Origin: Cladosporium halotolerans
Lineage: Eukaryota
DNA length: 64,000 bases
Direction: 5' to 3'
Assembly (NCBI RefSeq): GCF_011745625.1
Contig: NW_027191456.1
Location: forward strand, 186,001-250,000
Shown here one piece after another: positions 1 through 10,205 of the stretch. How positions within the stretch are numbered: the stretch's first letter is position 1; every line of letters begins with the position of its first letter. The notes beneath the pieces are model-generated. The model was not told the DNA's origin. It searched no databases and was given only the letters and a program-made list of their open reading frames with translations. Both the position numbers and the translations under genes were made by a program.

Positions 1-2542
1 CCTCATCAGGGTAATAGAAAGCGCCCACAGCGATAATGACATACGCCGCGATGAGCAGACTGCCCTCGAGGTAATTACTCCTGCCATCAAGCACCAGGAA
101 GTTAACGACGAAAGCCGTCGCGAACAAACTGATAGTCTCGAAAAGGTTGAAGTACAGACTCATATCCGTGCCCAGGATCCAGCCGAGCAAGACGACGACT
201 GGCGTGACGAACAGCGCGATCTGGATGCTGGAGCCGACGGCGACGCCGATGGCCAGGTCCATCTTGTTCTTGGCGGCGACAGTGACGGCCGTGACGTGCT
301 CGGCGGCGTTGCCGACGATGGGCAGGATGATGAGACCGATGAAGGCCTGGCTGACGGGCGAGTCGTCGATCATCTCGGGGATGGCGTCGACGAGGAACTC
401 GGCGCAGACGGCGACGAGGGCGGTGGAAAGGAGGAGCATGACGACAGCGGCGGTGCGGGACATCTCGAGCTTGCCGGTTTCAGGGTCGACGTCGCCTTCT
501 TCGTTCTCGGACTTGACGCGCTGGTGCTGGAATGGCGGCAGAGGGTCGGTTCTGACTTGAGTAGGCACAGCGGAAGTTCCAGCCGGCGTTTGCTGGCGGT
601 TGAGACGGTCGGGCAGAGAGTTCGTGCGACGGATCGTGGGACGGCCACGGAAGGTGGGCACAGGAGTCTGCGAAGACGAGGCTGGTGGCTGTGGCGTAGC
701 AAAGACATTGTTCGAGAGCATCTTGGTCAAGCCAGGACGGAATGCCGGTGCACGTGTTGAGAAGCCACGCATATTAAACGGGCGCCTCGCAGCAGATGAA
801 TCTGCAACCGGCTGGCTTTCAGCGTCGTCAATGTTCTCAGCAAAACCAACTCGAGGGCCGCTGTGGCTTCTCACAGATTCGACTTGCTGCATTGGAGGTT
901 TCTCGCTAGCGCTAGCGACGTCTTCACCTGAACGATAACGACGCTTCTTTTGGTGCTTCTTGTGATGTCTCTTGGACTTCTTACGCTCCAAAGACTTGGT
1001 AACGTCTCCTCCATTGGCATCACCGAAATCGCGGACACGGGTTGTGTTGTTGTTACCAGCCTCGATGTCCGCGTCCAGATTGTCATCGTCGTGTCTGACG
1101 GGGCTGAGCACTGACTGGCGACGGGAAGGTTCATGACTGGCAATGGCATGCTCCCAGGAGCTGCCTTGACGCTCCATAGTGGTAGCCGCAGAGCTCAAGA
1201 CCGACGCAGATGGCGAAGTGGTGCTGTTGGTGCTGGCGCTAGACTTGCGGTGACGGCGATGCTTGATCATACGCTTGATACGCCTCTTCGCGGTCCGCAC
1301 AGAACCAGAAGCATCAGAGCTGTCAGAATCCGAGCTTGAGCTGCTGCTTGAAGATTCGGATGACGAGGATGAGTCCAGCATATCAGCCAGAACACCGGGG
1401 TGAGATTCTTCATCGATGATTTCCTGAGGCGTGCTTTCGTACAGGTAGGCGTGAGACTTGAGCTGGAAAAGCAGATAGAGACCGTAGACCAGGAGAAGCA
1501 CCACACTGGTGCCACGACTGACAGCCAAAACTGCGGTCTGAGCCTCAGCTCCCTTTTCTTCCTTGAAAGAGGCGTGGAAGGCAGTCTGTGCAGAACAGTT
1601 AGTAAACGAACAGCTTAATGAGTAGGTAAGGTAGAGATGACCACTCACCGGAAGCAAGAGAGACATGACACTCAGACTGAGCAAGCAAGCACTCATCTGA
1701 GTGACAGTGCTGTTGTAGATCTGCTCTCTGTACCTGAGGCCACCAAGAAGGAAAGCCATGCCAAGGATGAGAAGCAAGTTGGCCAAGATGGAGCCAAGCA
1801 AAGAAGCTTGTACGATGCGGATCTCGTTCTTGACCAGAGCGATGATGAAGATGATCAATTCCACAGCGTTTCCGAATGTGACATTGAGCAGCGCGCCGAG
1901 ACTGTCGCCGAGACGGCTAGCCACGCTCTCAGTAGCGTGACTGAGCAGACCTGCCAGCGGAACGATGGCAACTGCGTTCAATGCGAAGATGATCGTGGGA
2001 CTTAGGTGCGCAGCTTCAGCCGCAATACCGATCGGCACGAAGATGAGCAGGACATTGACCCAGCTGTAGCAGAGGGCATTCTTGGTGTGGATCACGAAGC
2101 GCTTGCAGGCCTGAACAGTACGTGTGGTCATAGGAGGTTTGGGTGCCGTGGCGCTGTCCGCGCCACCACCAGGATTTAAGGAGGAATCTCCAGAGCCCGC
2201 AACTTCGGACTTGACCGCGGGTGAAGTTGCAGGATATGTTGACTGGGTCGTCCCATCCTGTGTGTGCTGACCAGCGGCGACCTGAGCACCACGTCCGCCG
2301 TCGCCTCCTCCCGCCTTAATTCCATCGCCGCTCCAATCGCTGCCGCTGGCTGAAGGGTAGCGGACCCCATCTTTCTCGCCTAGCCTGCCAGAGTTGCTGC
2401 GTGTGGTGGAGTTGCTGGTGTCGTTGTGGGTGGGAAGTATTGCGTCCCCGGCCGATTGTCCGCGAGAGATCCGAGTCTCTTGGCGAGTGTTTCTCGCCGC
2501 GGAACGGAATGTGTCTGAAAGGCGGTCAGAGGTTTTTCCCAT
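1..2542 (-). CDS. Ca2+/H+ exchanger (CAX/VCX1 family) with a long central hydrophilic loop; 3' end beyond window. Exons 2542-1649 and 1585-<1
   Basis: Manual translation gives MGKTSDRLSD...YSWVNVLLIFVPIGIAA...LLNVTFGNAVELII...SLLGSILANLLLILG...; the C-half has IILPIVGNAAEH, AVGSSIQIALFVTP and DGRSNYLEG (both CAX alpha repeats, GNxxE). Intron 1586-1648 is GTGAGT..CTAAC..CAG. It is absent from the ORF track, probably because the frame has no stop inside the window. Confidence 0.95.
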   Translation of the reverse strand, partial: MGKTSDRLSDTFRSAARNTRQETRISRGQSAGDAILPTHNDTSNSTTRSNSGRLGEKDGVRYPSASGSDWSGDGIKAGGGDGGRGAQVAAGQHTQDGTTQSTYPATSPAVKSEVAGSGDSSLNPGGGADSATAPKPPMTTRTVQACKRFVIHTKNALCYSWVNVLLIFVPIGIAAEAAHLSPTIIFALNAVAIVPLAGLLSHATESVASRLGDSLGALLNVTFGNAVELIIFIIALVKNEIRIVQASLLGSILANLLLILGMAFLLGGLRYREQIYNSTVTQMSACLLSLSVMSLLLPVSGHLYLTYSLSCSFTNCSAQTAFHASFKEEKGAEAQTAVLAVSRGTSVVLLLVYGLYLLFQLKSHAYLYESTPQEIIDEESHPGVLADMLDSSSSSESSSSSSSSDSDSSDASGSVRTAKRRIKRMIKHRRHRKSSASTNSTTSPSASVLSSAATTMERQGSSWEHAIASHEPSRRQSVLSPVRHDDDNLDADIEAGNNNTTRVRDFGDANGGDVTKSLERKKSKRHHKKHQKKRRYRSGEDVASASEKPPMQQVESVRSHSGPRVGFAENIDDAESQPVADSSAARRPFNMRGFSTRAPAFRPGLTKMLSNNVFATPQPPASSSQTPVPTFRGRPTIRRTNSLPDRLNRQQTPAGTSAVPTQVRTDPLPPFQHQRVKSENEEGDVDPETGKLEMSRTAAVVMLLLSTALVAVCAEFLVDAIPEMIDDSPVSQAFIGLIILPIVGNAAEHVTAVTVAAKNKMDLAIGVAVGSSIQIALFVTPVVVLLGWILGTDMSLYFNLFETISLFATAFVVNFLVLDGRSNYLEGSLLIAAYVIIAVGAFYYPDE

Positions 2543-2631
2543 GGAAGTATAGCAGTGCGGCAGCTGGCGGCGACCGAGCGAATGTAGTAGCAAGAGGAGA
2601 GGGCGCGATGAAGCGTGGAGAGATGCCGGGG

Positions 2632-2637
2632 TTTATA
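2632..2637 (-). promoter_or_regulatory. Probable TATA box of the CAX gene
   Basis: TATAAA on the minus strand ~90 nt upstream of ATG 2542, in otherwise GC-rich DNA. Confidence 0.5.
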
Positions 2638-3369
2638 TGGGGCGAGATAAGCTCGAAACAAGCGCGGTCAAGCTGCGTCAACAAGCCCCACTTGGCGTGT
2701 GGCGTGACGTCCGCGCGCCGAGCTGAGGCGGTGCAGCCCTGGCCGGCGGTTCTAGAAGATGAGGCGGTGTCACGGGACTTACGCATCGTTTGGTGAGTGA
2801 AGTGAATGGCATCGCATGTCGTTGTGATGTCTGCATCAGCATCGCCGCTCTCCTGCCTTTCTACTCATATCATTGCTTGAAGCGACGCAAGGACGAGGCG
2901 GCCATAAAGCCAAGGATCGCCTTCCCGGAACAGCGCTCCTCGCTCGCCCGCGCGGATGCTGGCCGGATCTGCATCTTCCCATTCGCTGGCGGAATTGCGG
3001 CTTCCTAGAACCTTGCCAACGCCATTTACTGCCTTGGTCGTGTGGTGCCGCTAGACTACCTAGGTAGGTAATCACCATCGCCTATTCGGTGAGGCCGTCT
3101 ATCACACGAATCACATGCGTGTGCTTGCAAGGCGTAACCGCTGCTATTCCCAGATTCCCTATCGCTTACCGTATCGTGACCGTAGCGTATAGCACGCAGA
3201 CGGCTACTCTTTGGATTGCCTCCTTTACCCTTCGTGCTACTATCGATGGACGACATAACTTCCCTGTGATTGTAAATGCTCTAGCGAACTTGCTACTCCT
3301 AAAAACACCATCTACGCCAATGCGCCATTCATTCGTCATCCCAATACATAAAATGTGATTTTTCCCATC

Positions 3370-4172
3370 CTACGTCGCTCGCAGTGCCCTCAGCCTCTCG
3401 CCCAGCTTGTCTTCCCTCTCCTCTTCCGGCTGCGCAGCTATGTTCTTGGCCGGCGTCGCCGAGTTCATCTCCTGCGACAGCTCCACGCCCGCCTCATCCG
3501 CGACCTGGCCCATAAGCTTGTCGACGTCGTCTTGCGGCGTCGCGACCGCCGTGGCAGAGGAAGTTGCGTTCTCGTAGTATCCCGTCGCGACGTCCAGGTC
3601 CTCGAACTGCGTCTCGAAACGGTCCATGACGGCGCTGATCTGCACACGGCCTCGTCAATATTCCTTCTCGAACCTTCCGTCCGTCCTCGCCTGGAAAGTC
3701 TCACCTTCTCCAAATCCATACTCTTCATCGCGCCGTCCATGCCCTTGACCACATTCGCCATGCTGCCCGTGACCTGGCGCATCGTGACCGCAGTCTGCAC
3801 GCGCGAGCTCACGGCGTCGATGCGCGAGCCCAGCCGCAGCAGGTTCAGCTTCTCGTTCTGCTTGCGGATCGCATTCTGCGCGTAGATCTTGGCGATGTCG
3901 GCGTGGCCCTGCTGGATCGCCTGCGGTAGGTTGGTATCAGTCTCGTGCGTGCCTTCGCTCGCGCTAGCTCTTCGAGTTCACATGGGAGCCCACCTTCTTC
4001 AGCTTGCCGCGCTCCGTCTGCTCATCCTTGCCCGCCTTGGCCGCCTGTCTGTTGAGTTGCTTCGCCGTGAACTGGGAGATAGCAGTCTGTTAGCCACGAC
4101 ACTGTAGATCTCTTCGTCGCGCGCGCGGGGCCTTACCTTCAAATTGAAGAGCGCTTTCTCGAGGCCGGACAT
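3370..4172 (-). CDS. DID2: ESCRT-III accessory subunit Did2/Vps46/CHMP1; exons 4172-4137, 4071-3994, 3920-3705, 3639-3370
   Basis: Spliced protein [89 protein letters not shown]...|[17 protein letters not shown]...[14 protein letters not shown]. It has the C-terminal MIM1 motif and three GT-AG introns. Confidence 0.96.
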
Positions 4173-5117
4173 GGTTGCGACGTTGGGGTGGAATATCTTC
4201 ACCTAGGACGACATGCAACGGGTTTTGCAGGTTCCAGATCGGATTGTAGTTTGCCGGCGGGCGCAGCAAGCAGGCCGCAGCAGTCAACGCCCGACCCGAC
4301 GGACGTCATGTGGGCGGCGGTGCGACACCCCACTCTGGCCTTTCGGCTTTGGCTTTTGGGCGTGGGGAAGGCTTTAGGCCTTGAGGTAATTAGGGTAAGG
4401 GTAAGGATCACTTCAAGACCTACCTACATTGTAAATATATCTTACGTGCATCTACCTCGTTCACAATATTTTCGTTCTAGTCTATAATCCAACATGGGGC
4501 CCTGCGTCTTTCTTCACGTTTTTTGGCGCCTTCTCCATGTCCTACGCAGCTAGGTCCCTGGAGAACCGATTCCATAGCAAATTCGCGACCACCATATGGC
4601 TGGTTATGGGACTGCCGTTCGAGACAACGCAACCAATCTTCGAAGCACCTACGAAGACTACTCGGTTTGGTGTGAGGAAAGACCTAAAAAGTCGGAGTAT
4701 ATGAATCTTTCAGGTATCCTGAAACAGCTATGTGGTATGCTCTTTGTATATTACGTTGCCCCGTCTGAGTCCCGCATATGTTTCACCTCAGCTCCAAAAC
4801 TTTCCATGAAGCATCAGAGCTAGCCCGCGGAGTAACTTCGCTGCAGCGGGATGCTGCTTTAGGAGGAGTAGGGCGTAGAGCACTTCACGGTGTGCTGTGT
4901 ACGGGGCGATACCGGAGCGCCAGACTTTGTATGCCATGGCGACATCTTTCGGCGCGCTTGGTTCCCAACCACTGTGTCTGCGGACACCAAGTCCTTATGA
5001 ACCAGGTTGTCTGATCTTAACGATCAAGAACCGCCAGGAAAGGACCTATTGGGCTCGTCGTCTCACGCCTTCACGGACGCGTGAGCCAAGCAGAATCCGT
5101 CCAGTCGTTTCGATCTC

Positions 5118-6077
5118 TCATGAGTTCCTCCATGACTTTTCCAGCCTCGCCTGCAGACTCAACAAGTCACTGTTAGGCGCCTTCTCGCCTTTGGACTTAT
5201 CCCCCGGCGGCGGCGGACTCCTATCCCTCGGTTTCTGAGGCGCAGGGGCTGAAGGAGTCGGCTTCCAGCTCGTGAAATCTCCCTTGTCCTGCCACACACC
5301 ATACTTCGGCCTCGCCTCCTCCTCCCTCCTCTTCACCTTCGCCTCCTCCCCCGCCTTCACCTTCGCCTTCGCCTTCTCAGCCGCATTCCTCGCCTCACGC
5401 TCCTTCCTCGCCCCGAGCCCAAACTTCGCCGACCGGTCCTCCATCTCCTTCACCTTCGCTCCCGCCGCCATCTTCATGCTTGCCGGCGGCAGCGGCGCGA
5501 TCCTCTTCGCGACCTCCGGCGGCGCATCGTCGGCATCCGCAGCCGCAGGGCCCCTCTCAGCCTTCAGATTCCGCAGCATCTCCGCCAATTTCTCCGCGGT
5601 ATTGCGCGCCGAAACATCGACGTCGAACAGCTCGTCATCGCGCTCGCGCGGCCCCAGCATCTGCACCCTCGTCTCCCACATGACGTCGTCGGCCTTGCCG
5701 CCGAAATCCGGGTACGGCTCGACAGCCATGTCGGCAATGTGGCCGCGGAGGGTTCTCAGTTTCTCTTCGAGCGCGGCGCTGGAAGCGAGGACACGCTCTG
5801 CGCGCTCGGGCCCGAGAGCGACGGGCAAGCGGTCGAGGGTCTTGCGGGCGCCGGCGAGGGACTCGAGGTAGGAGTCGATGGAGGCCTTGACGGGGAGGAG
5901 GAGGCGGCGGTCTTCTTCCTGCAGGAGGGCGACGTTGTCTTTGAGCTGCTGGCTGACGTTGCGGCTTTGGGGGCGCGCGGTCGCGGTGGAGAAGTGGCCT
6001 TGTTGGGTTTTTGGGGGGATGTTGGCGCAAGCGCCGAGGCGCCTGGTGAGGTGTCGGGACATTACATTGCAGTTCAT
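5118..6077 (-). CDS. Hypothetical protein, Arg/Ser/Thr-rich N-terminus (possible mitochondrial presequence) and Lys/Ala/Glu-rich coiled region; start uncertain (6077 or 6062)
   Basis: ORF >300 aa with gene-like GC3 bias. No family recognised. Confidence 0.6.
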   Translation of the reverse strand: MNCNVMSRHLTRRLGACANIPPKTQQGHFSTATARPQSRNVSQQLKDNVALLQEEDRRLLLPVKASIDSYLESLAGARKTLDRLPVALGPERAERVLASSAALEEKLRTLRGHIADMAVEPYPDFGGKADDVMWETRVQMLGPRERDDELFDVDVSARNTAEKLAEMLRNLKAERGPAAADADDAPPEVAKRIAPLPPASMKMAAGAKVKEMEDRSAKFGLGARKEREARNAAEKAKAKVKAGEEAKVKRREEEARPKYGVWQDKGDFTSWKPTPSAPAPQKPRDRSPPPPGDKSKGEKAPNSDLLSLQARLEKSWRNS

Positions 6078-6469
6078 GGGGTTGTGGGAAGGGAGCGTAG
6101 AGGGCGTTGCAGCAGTCTGGTCAGGTGAAGCTGCGGGCTTCGTCGGTGGTGCTGGATTTAGCCGAGCGAGGGTACAATGCATGATACAATCGCAACGAAG
6201 GCGAACTTCGAAAAAGTAGCTACGGTATAGAAATCGGATTTCGGATTATCAAGATCACGATGAAAAATGGCACAGGACTAACAAGACGAGAAAGACCGAG
6301 CGCAATCATTGAGATAAAACATGTCAAATTCACATACGCGTGCTATCTTTTCACCATAAAGTTAGGTAGGCATTGCAACCACGGTCGCATGGCATTCATG
6401 CAATGCAACTTTCCCTCAACGCCGCCGATGTATTCCCATCCACTAATAACGCTCGAAGATTCGTCTCAC

Positions 6470-9040
6470 TTACTGCGCGCGGATTGCATTACCGAGCGCA
6501 CCACCTGTGAATCCACCTCCGCGGGGCGCACCGCCACCGCGGCCTCCACCGCCACGGCCACGTCCGCCGCCGCGACCTCCCCGGCCGCCACGCTGAGGTT
6601 GCCTCTCGAACGCGTGAGCTGTGCCCTGGGTACGCTGCTCGAGCACGCGCTCGTTGGACTCGATGAGGTGCTGGGCCTTGTCGCTGAGAGTGAGAGACAG
6701 GCTCTGCAGACGGCTGAGCTCGACGCCCTTGCGGAAGATGATGGCGGAGTTGACCTGGTCAAGGGCGGCAGCAAGCTCCTCGTGGTGAATCATCTTGCCG
6801 ACGATCGCGGCAACCTTGCGGGGCTCGAGGTCGAACATGCTGGCGAGCTGGTCGGTGCCGAGGGTCTCGTAGAAGGGAGCGTAGGTGAAGAGGTAGGTGC
6901 GGAGACCCTCCTCCTGGATCTGTGCCTCGAGCATCTGCTTGATCTCGTCCTTCTTGGGCAGCAGGTCCCAGATCTTTATCGAGGTGATGAACTCAGCGGC
7001 CTTCTTCCACTCACCGGCGGCGAGAGCCTTGGATGCTTGCATCACGTGGTCGCGAGTGTTCTCAGGCGGGCCGGTGAAGATCTGGCGCTCGTGGTACTCG
7101 AGCATGCGGCGGTAGGACTTGGAGATGACGCGCTTGCGAACGTCAGGGCTGGAGCCAACCTGAGCGAGGAGAGGGATCTCGAGAAGCATGGAGCACGTAA
7201 GGTAGACGCACTCGAGGAGCTCGAGGTTGATGTGCATGTGGAAGGGAAGCTGCCTTTGCCTCTCCAGGCGCTCTTGCTCTGGTGTGATCTGGCTGTAGCG
7301 CTGCATCTGAAGACCCTGAGCAAGCAGCTCCTTCTGGCGCTGGCTGCCGCAGATGTCCTGCAAGCTGTTCTGGCACTCGTAGATCAGACCGGCGCGGAAA
7401 GCGCACAGACCGACCTGGGTGAGGGTGCGGTTGTAGAGAATCTGGGTGTTGATGTCGAACTGGCTGATGGTCTCCTGCAAGTGGGACATGAGCATCATGT
7501 CACGAGCCTTGTAGTAGTGGTCGTGCAGAGCAAGGTGGTAGACCTGGCACAGCATGGCGCGAGCACGGATGATGCCCTCGCTGTTCTTGAAGAGATGGCC
7601 ACAAAGAGTCTGGACGAGAGTAGTGACGTCGTTCTTGTTGCCTCTGGGGGTGACGGATGAGTCGAGCTTCGCGGGAAGGGCGTTCCAGGTCTGCTCCTCG
7701 AGAATGGAGACAACCTGCGAGGGCTTGAAGTAGACGTGCTCAAGACGACGGATGACAACGCGGTTAACGCCCTCAGGACCCAGGTTGAGCTCAGTCTTAG
7801 CCTTGCAACGCTCGGCGTAAAGCTGAGTGCGGACAAGGTTGGCGTAGAGGGCGGTCTCGTCAGTGAGTCTGTCGACGTATTCGGCAGTGTGAGGGTCAAC
7901 GTGCTGCAAAACACGGGTAAGCTCGTCGTCGAGACGCTCGACAAAAGAAGTGACGCTGCCGGGGACCTTGAAGATCTCGCCGGGGTTGATGGTAGGAAGC
8001 TTCTCGTCATCCTCCCACTCCTCGACGCCCTCAGTCACGATAATCTCCTGGCTGCCCTCCAGGATCTCAAGAAGGCGAGAGATCTCCTGCTGAGCTGCCT
8101 TCCAGTGCTCCTGAGACATCTGGGAACCGGTGCCGGAAGTAAGGTCGAAGCGGGTGGCAATAAGAGTAAGCAGGACGCGAACGCGCTGGTAGTCGTTAAT
8201 CGCAACGTCCATCAACTTCTCCATGATCTTGATCTGCTCGGCACGGTCGGTGTTCTTCCTGCCGCGAGACTCGAGGATCGAGCGAAGGTGCTTCAGAATG
8301 CTCTCGGGTGTGTAGACCATCGCCTTTCCGCCTGCGCCAACCATGGTGAAGCCCTCATCGCCCTCCTCGATCTGGCTCTCGTTGACGACCAGAGACTTCT
8401 TAGGCTTCTGAGTCTTAGGCGCGGGCGCAGCCTCCTCGGTCTCCTCCTTCATGTACTGATCGGGATTCTCGCGGAAGCTCGTGATCTCGGTCTGGTAATC
8501 GCGGTTGTTCTTCTTGATCTTCTGGCGGAGGGCGTTGAGACCTTTCTGTGCGATCGGGTTCATCTTCTTCGGGGTGACCTTCTGCTTCTCAAAGGCCTCG
8601 GCGACGCTGGTCTCCAGTTCGGCGATAGTCTTGATGAAGGCCTTCGGGGCCTTGCCGTCCAGCTGGCGCATAAGGACGGGTACTTGGCGGTTCATGCGGT
8701 CGTATTGCTCGTTAATCACGTTCCAGTCCGAGATTCTTCCAGCGTTCTCGATGAGCTTAATGGTGCCGTCAAGCTCGTCGAAGCGCTTGTCCTTCGCGGA
8801 CTTGACCACCGTAACCTTGTCCTCATCCTCACTCTCGGAGTCATCCGACTCGTCGCGCAAGAAGCGGTTGGCACCAGTCTTTCCGTCGTCATCGCTGCTG
8901 CTGGAGTCGTCGTCGGCATCCGATTCCTCCTCCGAAGACTCTTCCGAGGACTCCTCCTCAGAGCGCTCCTCCTCGATATCGAACTCCTCCTCATCGGAGC
9001 TCTCGCTGGAGCTGTCGCCGGCGTGGAAAAAGCGAGACAT
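6470..9040 (-). CDS. NIP1: Translation initiation factor eIF3 subunit C (intronless)
   Basis: MSRFF plus acidic Ser-rich N-terminus, [31 protein letters not shown] domain ([13 protein letters not shown]) and an RGG tail. First ATG at 9040. Confidence 0.97.
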   Translation of the reverse strand: MSRFFHAGDSSSESSDEEEFDIEEERSEEESSEESSEEESDADDDSSSSDDDGKTGANRFLRDESDDSESEDEDKVTVVKSAKDKRFDELDGTIKLIENAGRISDWNVINEQYDRMNRQVPVLMRQLDGKAPKAFIKTIAELETSVAEAFEKQKVTPKKMNPIAQKGLNALRQKIKKNNRDYQTEITSFRENPDQYMKEETEEAAPAPKTQKPKKSLVVNESQIEEGDEGFTMVGAGGKAMVYTPESILKHLRSILESRGRKNTDRAEQIKIMEKLMDVAINDYQRVRVLLTLIATRFDLTSGTGSQMSQEHWKAAQQEISRLLEILEGSQEIIVTEGVEEWEDDEKLPTINPGEIFKVPGSVTSFVERLDDELTRVLQHVDPHTAEYVDRLTDETALYANLVRTQLYAERCKAKTELNLGPEGVNRVVIRRLEHVYFKPSQVVSILEEQTWNALPAKLDSSVTPRGNKNDVTTLVQTLCGHLFKNSEGIIRARAMLCQVYHLALHDHYYKARDMMLMSHLQETISQFDINTQILYNRTLTQVGLCAFRAGLIYECQNSLQDICGSQRQKELLAQGLQMQRYSQITPEQERLERQRQLPFHMHINLELLECVYLTCSMLLEIPLLAQVGSSPDVRKRVISKSYRRMLEYHERQIFTGPPENTRDHVMQASKALAAGEWKKAAEFITSIKIWDLLPKKDEIKQMLEAQIQEEGLRTYLFTYAPFYETLGTDQLASMFDLEPRKVAAIVGKMIHHEELAAALDQVNSAIIFRKGVELSRLQSLSLTLSDKAQHLIESNERVLEQRTQGTAHAFERQPQRGGRGGRGGGRGRGGGGRGGGAPRGGGFTGGALGNAIRAQ

Positions 9041-10205
9041 CTTTGCTGCGTGACCGGTCGTGGACAGCGGGCGTCGAAGATGTCGTAGGTGCCTTTTAAA
9101 GGTGGGTTGAGCGGTAGCTGGGTCACGCCTCCTACTCGTCGTTGCGGAACACTGATTTCGCACGAAAATCAGCGGGAGCGGTCTGTGCCCGGCTTGGCGC
9201 TTGATAGGTGGGCGGCTGCCTGACTTCACTCATCGCGAGATACATACAATGCGTAGGACAATATGATTGATTACTCACGACGGACTCTTTGCGATGATTT
9301 GTAGGTGCACATAAGTGCTGCCTGCTCGTAGTGTATGACTGTCTCACTATCTTGTCATGGCACTACATGATCCACAGATGTCACGTGATCGAGGATCCTA
9401 TACGACATACCCAGCATTGTGATACTAGACAATGAGACTGCAGTATCATAAAGGTGTAGCTCATACATTAGGGCTATAGCCATTGCAACGTTATGGTGAA
9501 GGCGTTGAAGCCGATCGAATGTGCGTGTATGGACAAGGCGCTGTTGGTCGCTACGCGGACTTTCTGAACTCGCAACACTGCAAACCACCGTTGCTCCGCC
9601 AAGGTATTATGCAAATGTGCTTTTGTAAGTTGTTCATTAGTATGCTGTTTAAGCGAAAACTACACATCAGCTCATCGGCATTAAATCCCGTGACTTTAGC
9701 AGTCCCTCGCGCGTAACGCTCAGGCACACTTTTCCCTAAAGTCTTACTCCAGCCCACTCAACGAAAAGAATAGGGCGCCAGGCTATACGCATCGAAGGAA
9801 AATTCTTGAAATATGAATGTTGAGTCTCCTCTCGCTCTACACACCTTCCCGTCTATACAATGCAATGCTATGCAAAACAACCCGTGATCACCGATGACCA
9901 CTAGGAACTCATATCGCGCATAATGCCCACGCACCGTACCGTACAGCCATCATGCATCCAAGCAATAGCAGCGACCCTCCATGAACTTTTCAATCTATGC
10001 GATCTCATGCGATCTTTACATACACACAACGCCCAGGCCGAAAAGCCAAATGAAAAAGAACAAAACCCCCAAAGCTAGCAAAAAAGACACCGAGAGCAAC
10101 TAGCTCGATCGAATCCCCAGAACCAGAAAAGCAACAAAAAAAAACCCCCCCACCAGCGGCTGGCTAGTCCGACACAAACCCGCATCCGGCAGGCAAAATC
10201 ACCCC

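Noticed and set aside
4596..5110. Small plus-strand ORFs between DID2 and the orphan gene
   Set aside because: No codon bias or recognisable domain, and no transposon hallmarks.
10040..10150. A-rich tract resembling a retroelement tail
   Set aside because: It is the U-rich 3'UTR of the minus-strand MscS gene; no TSD or element body.
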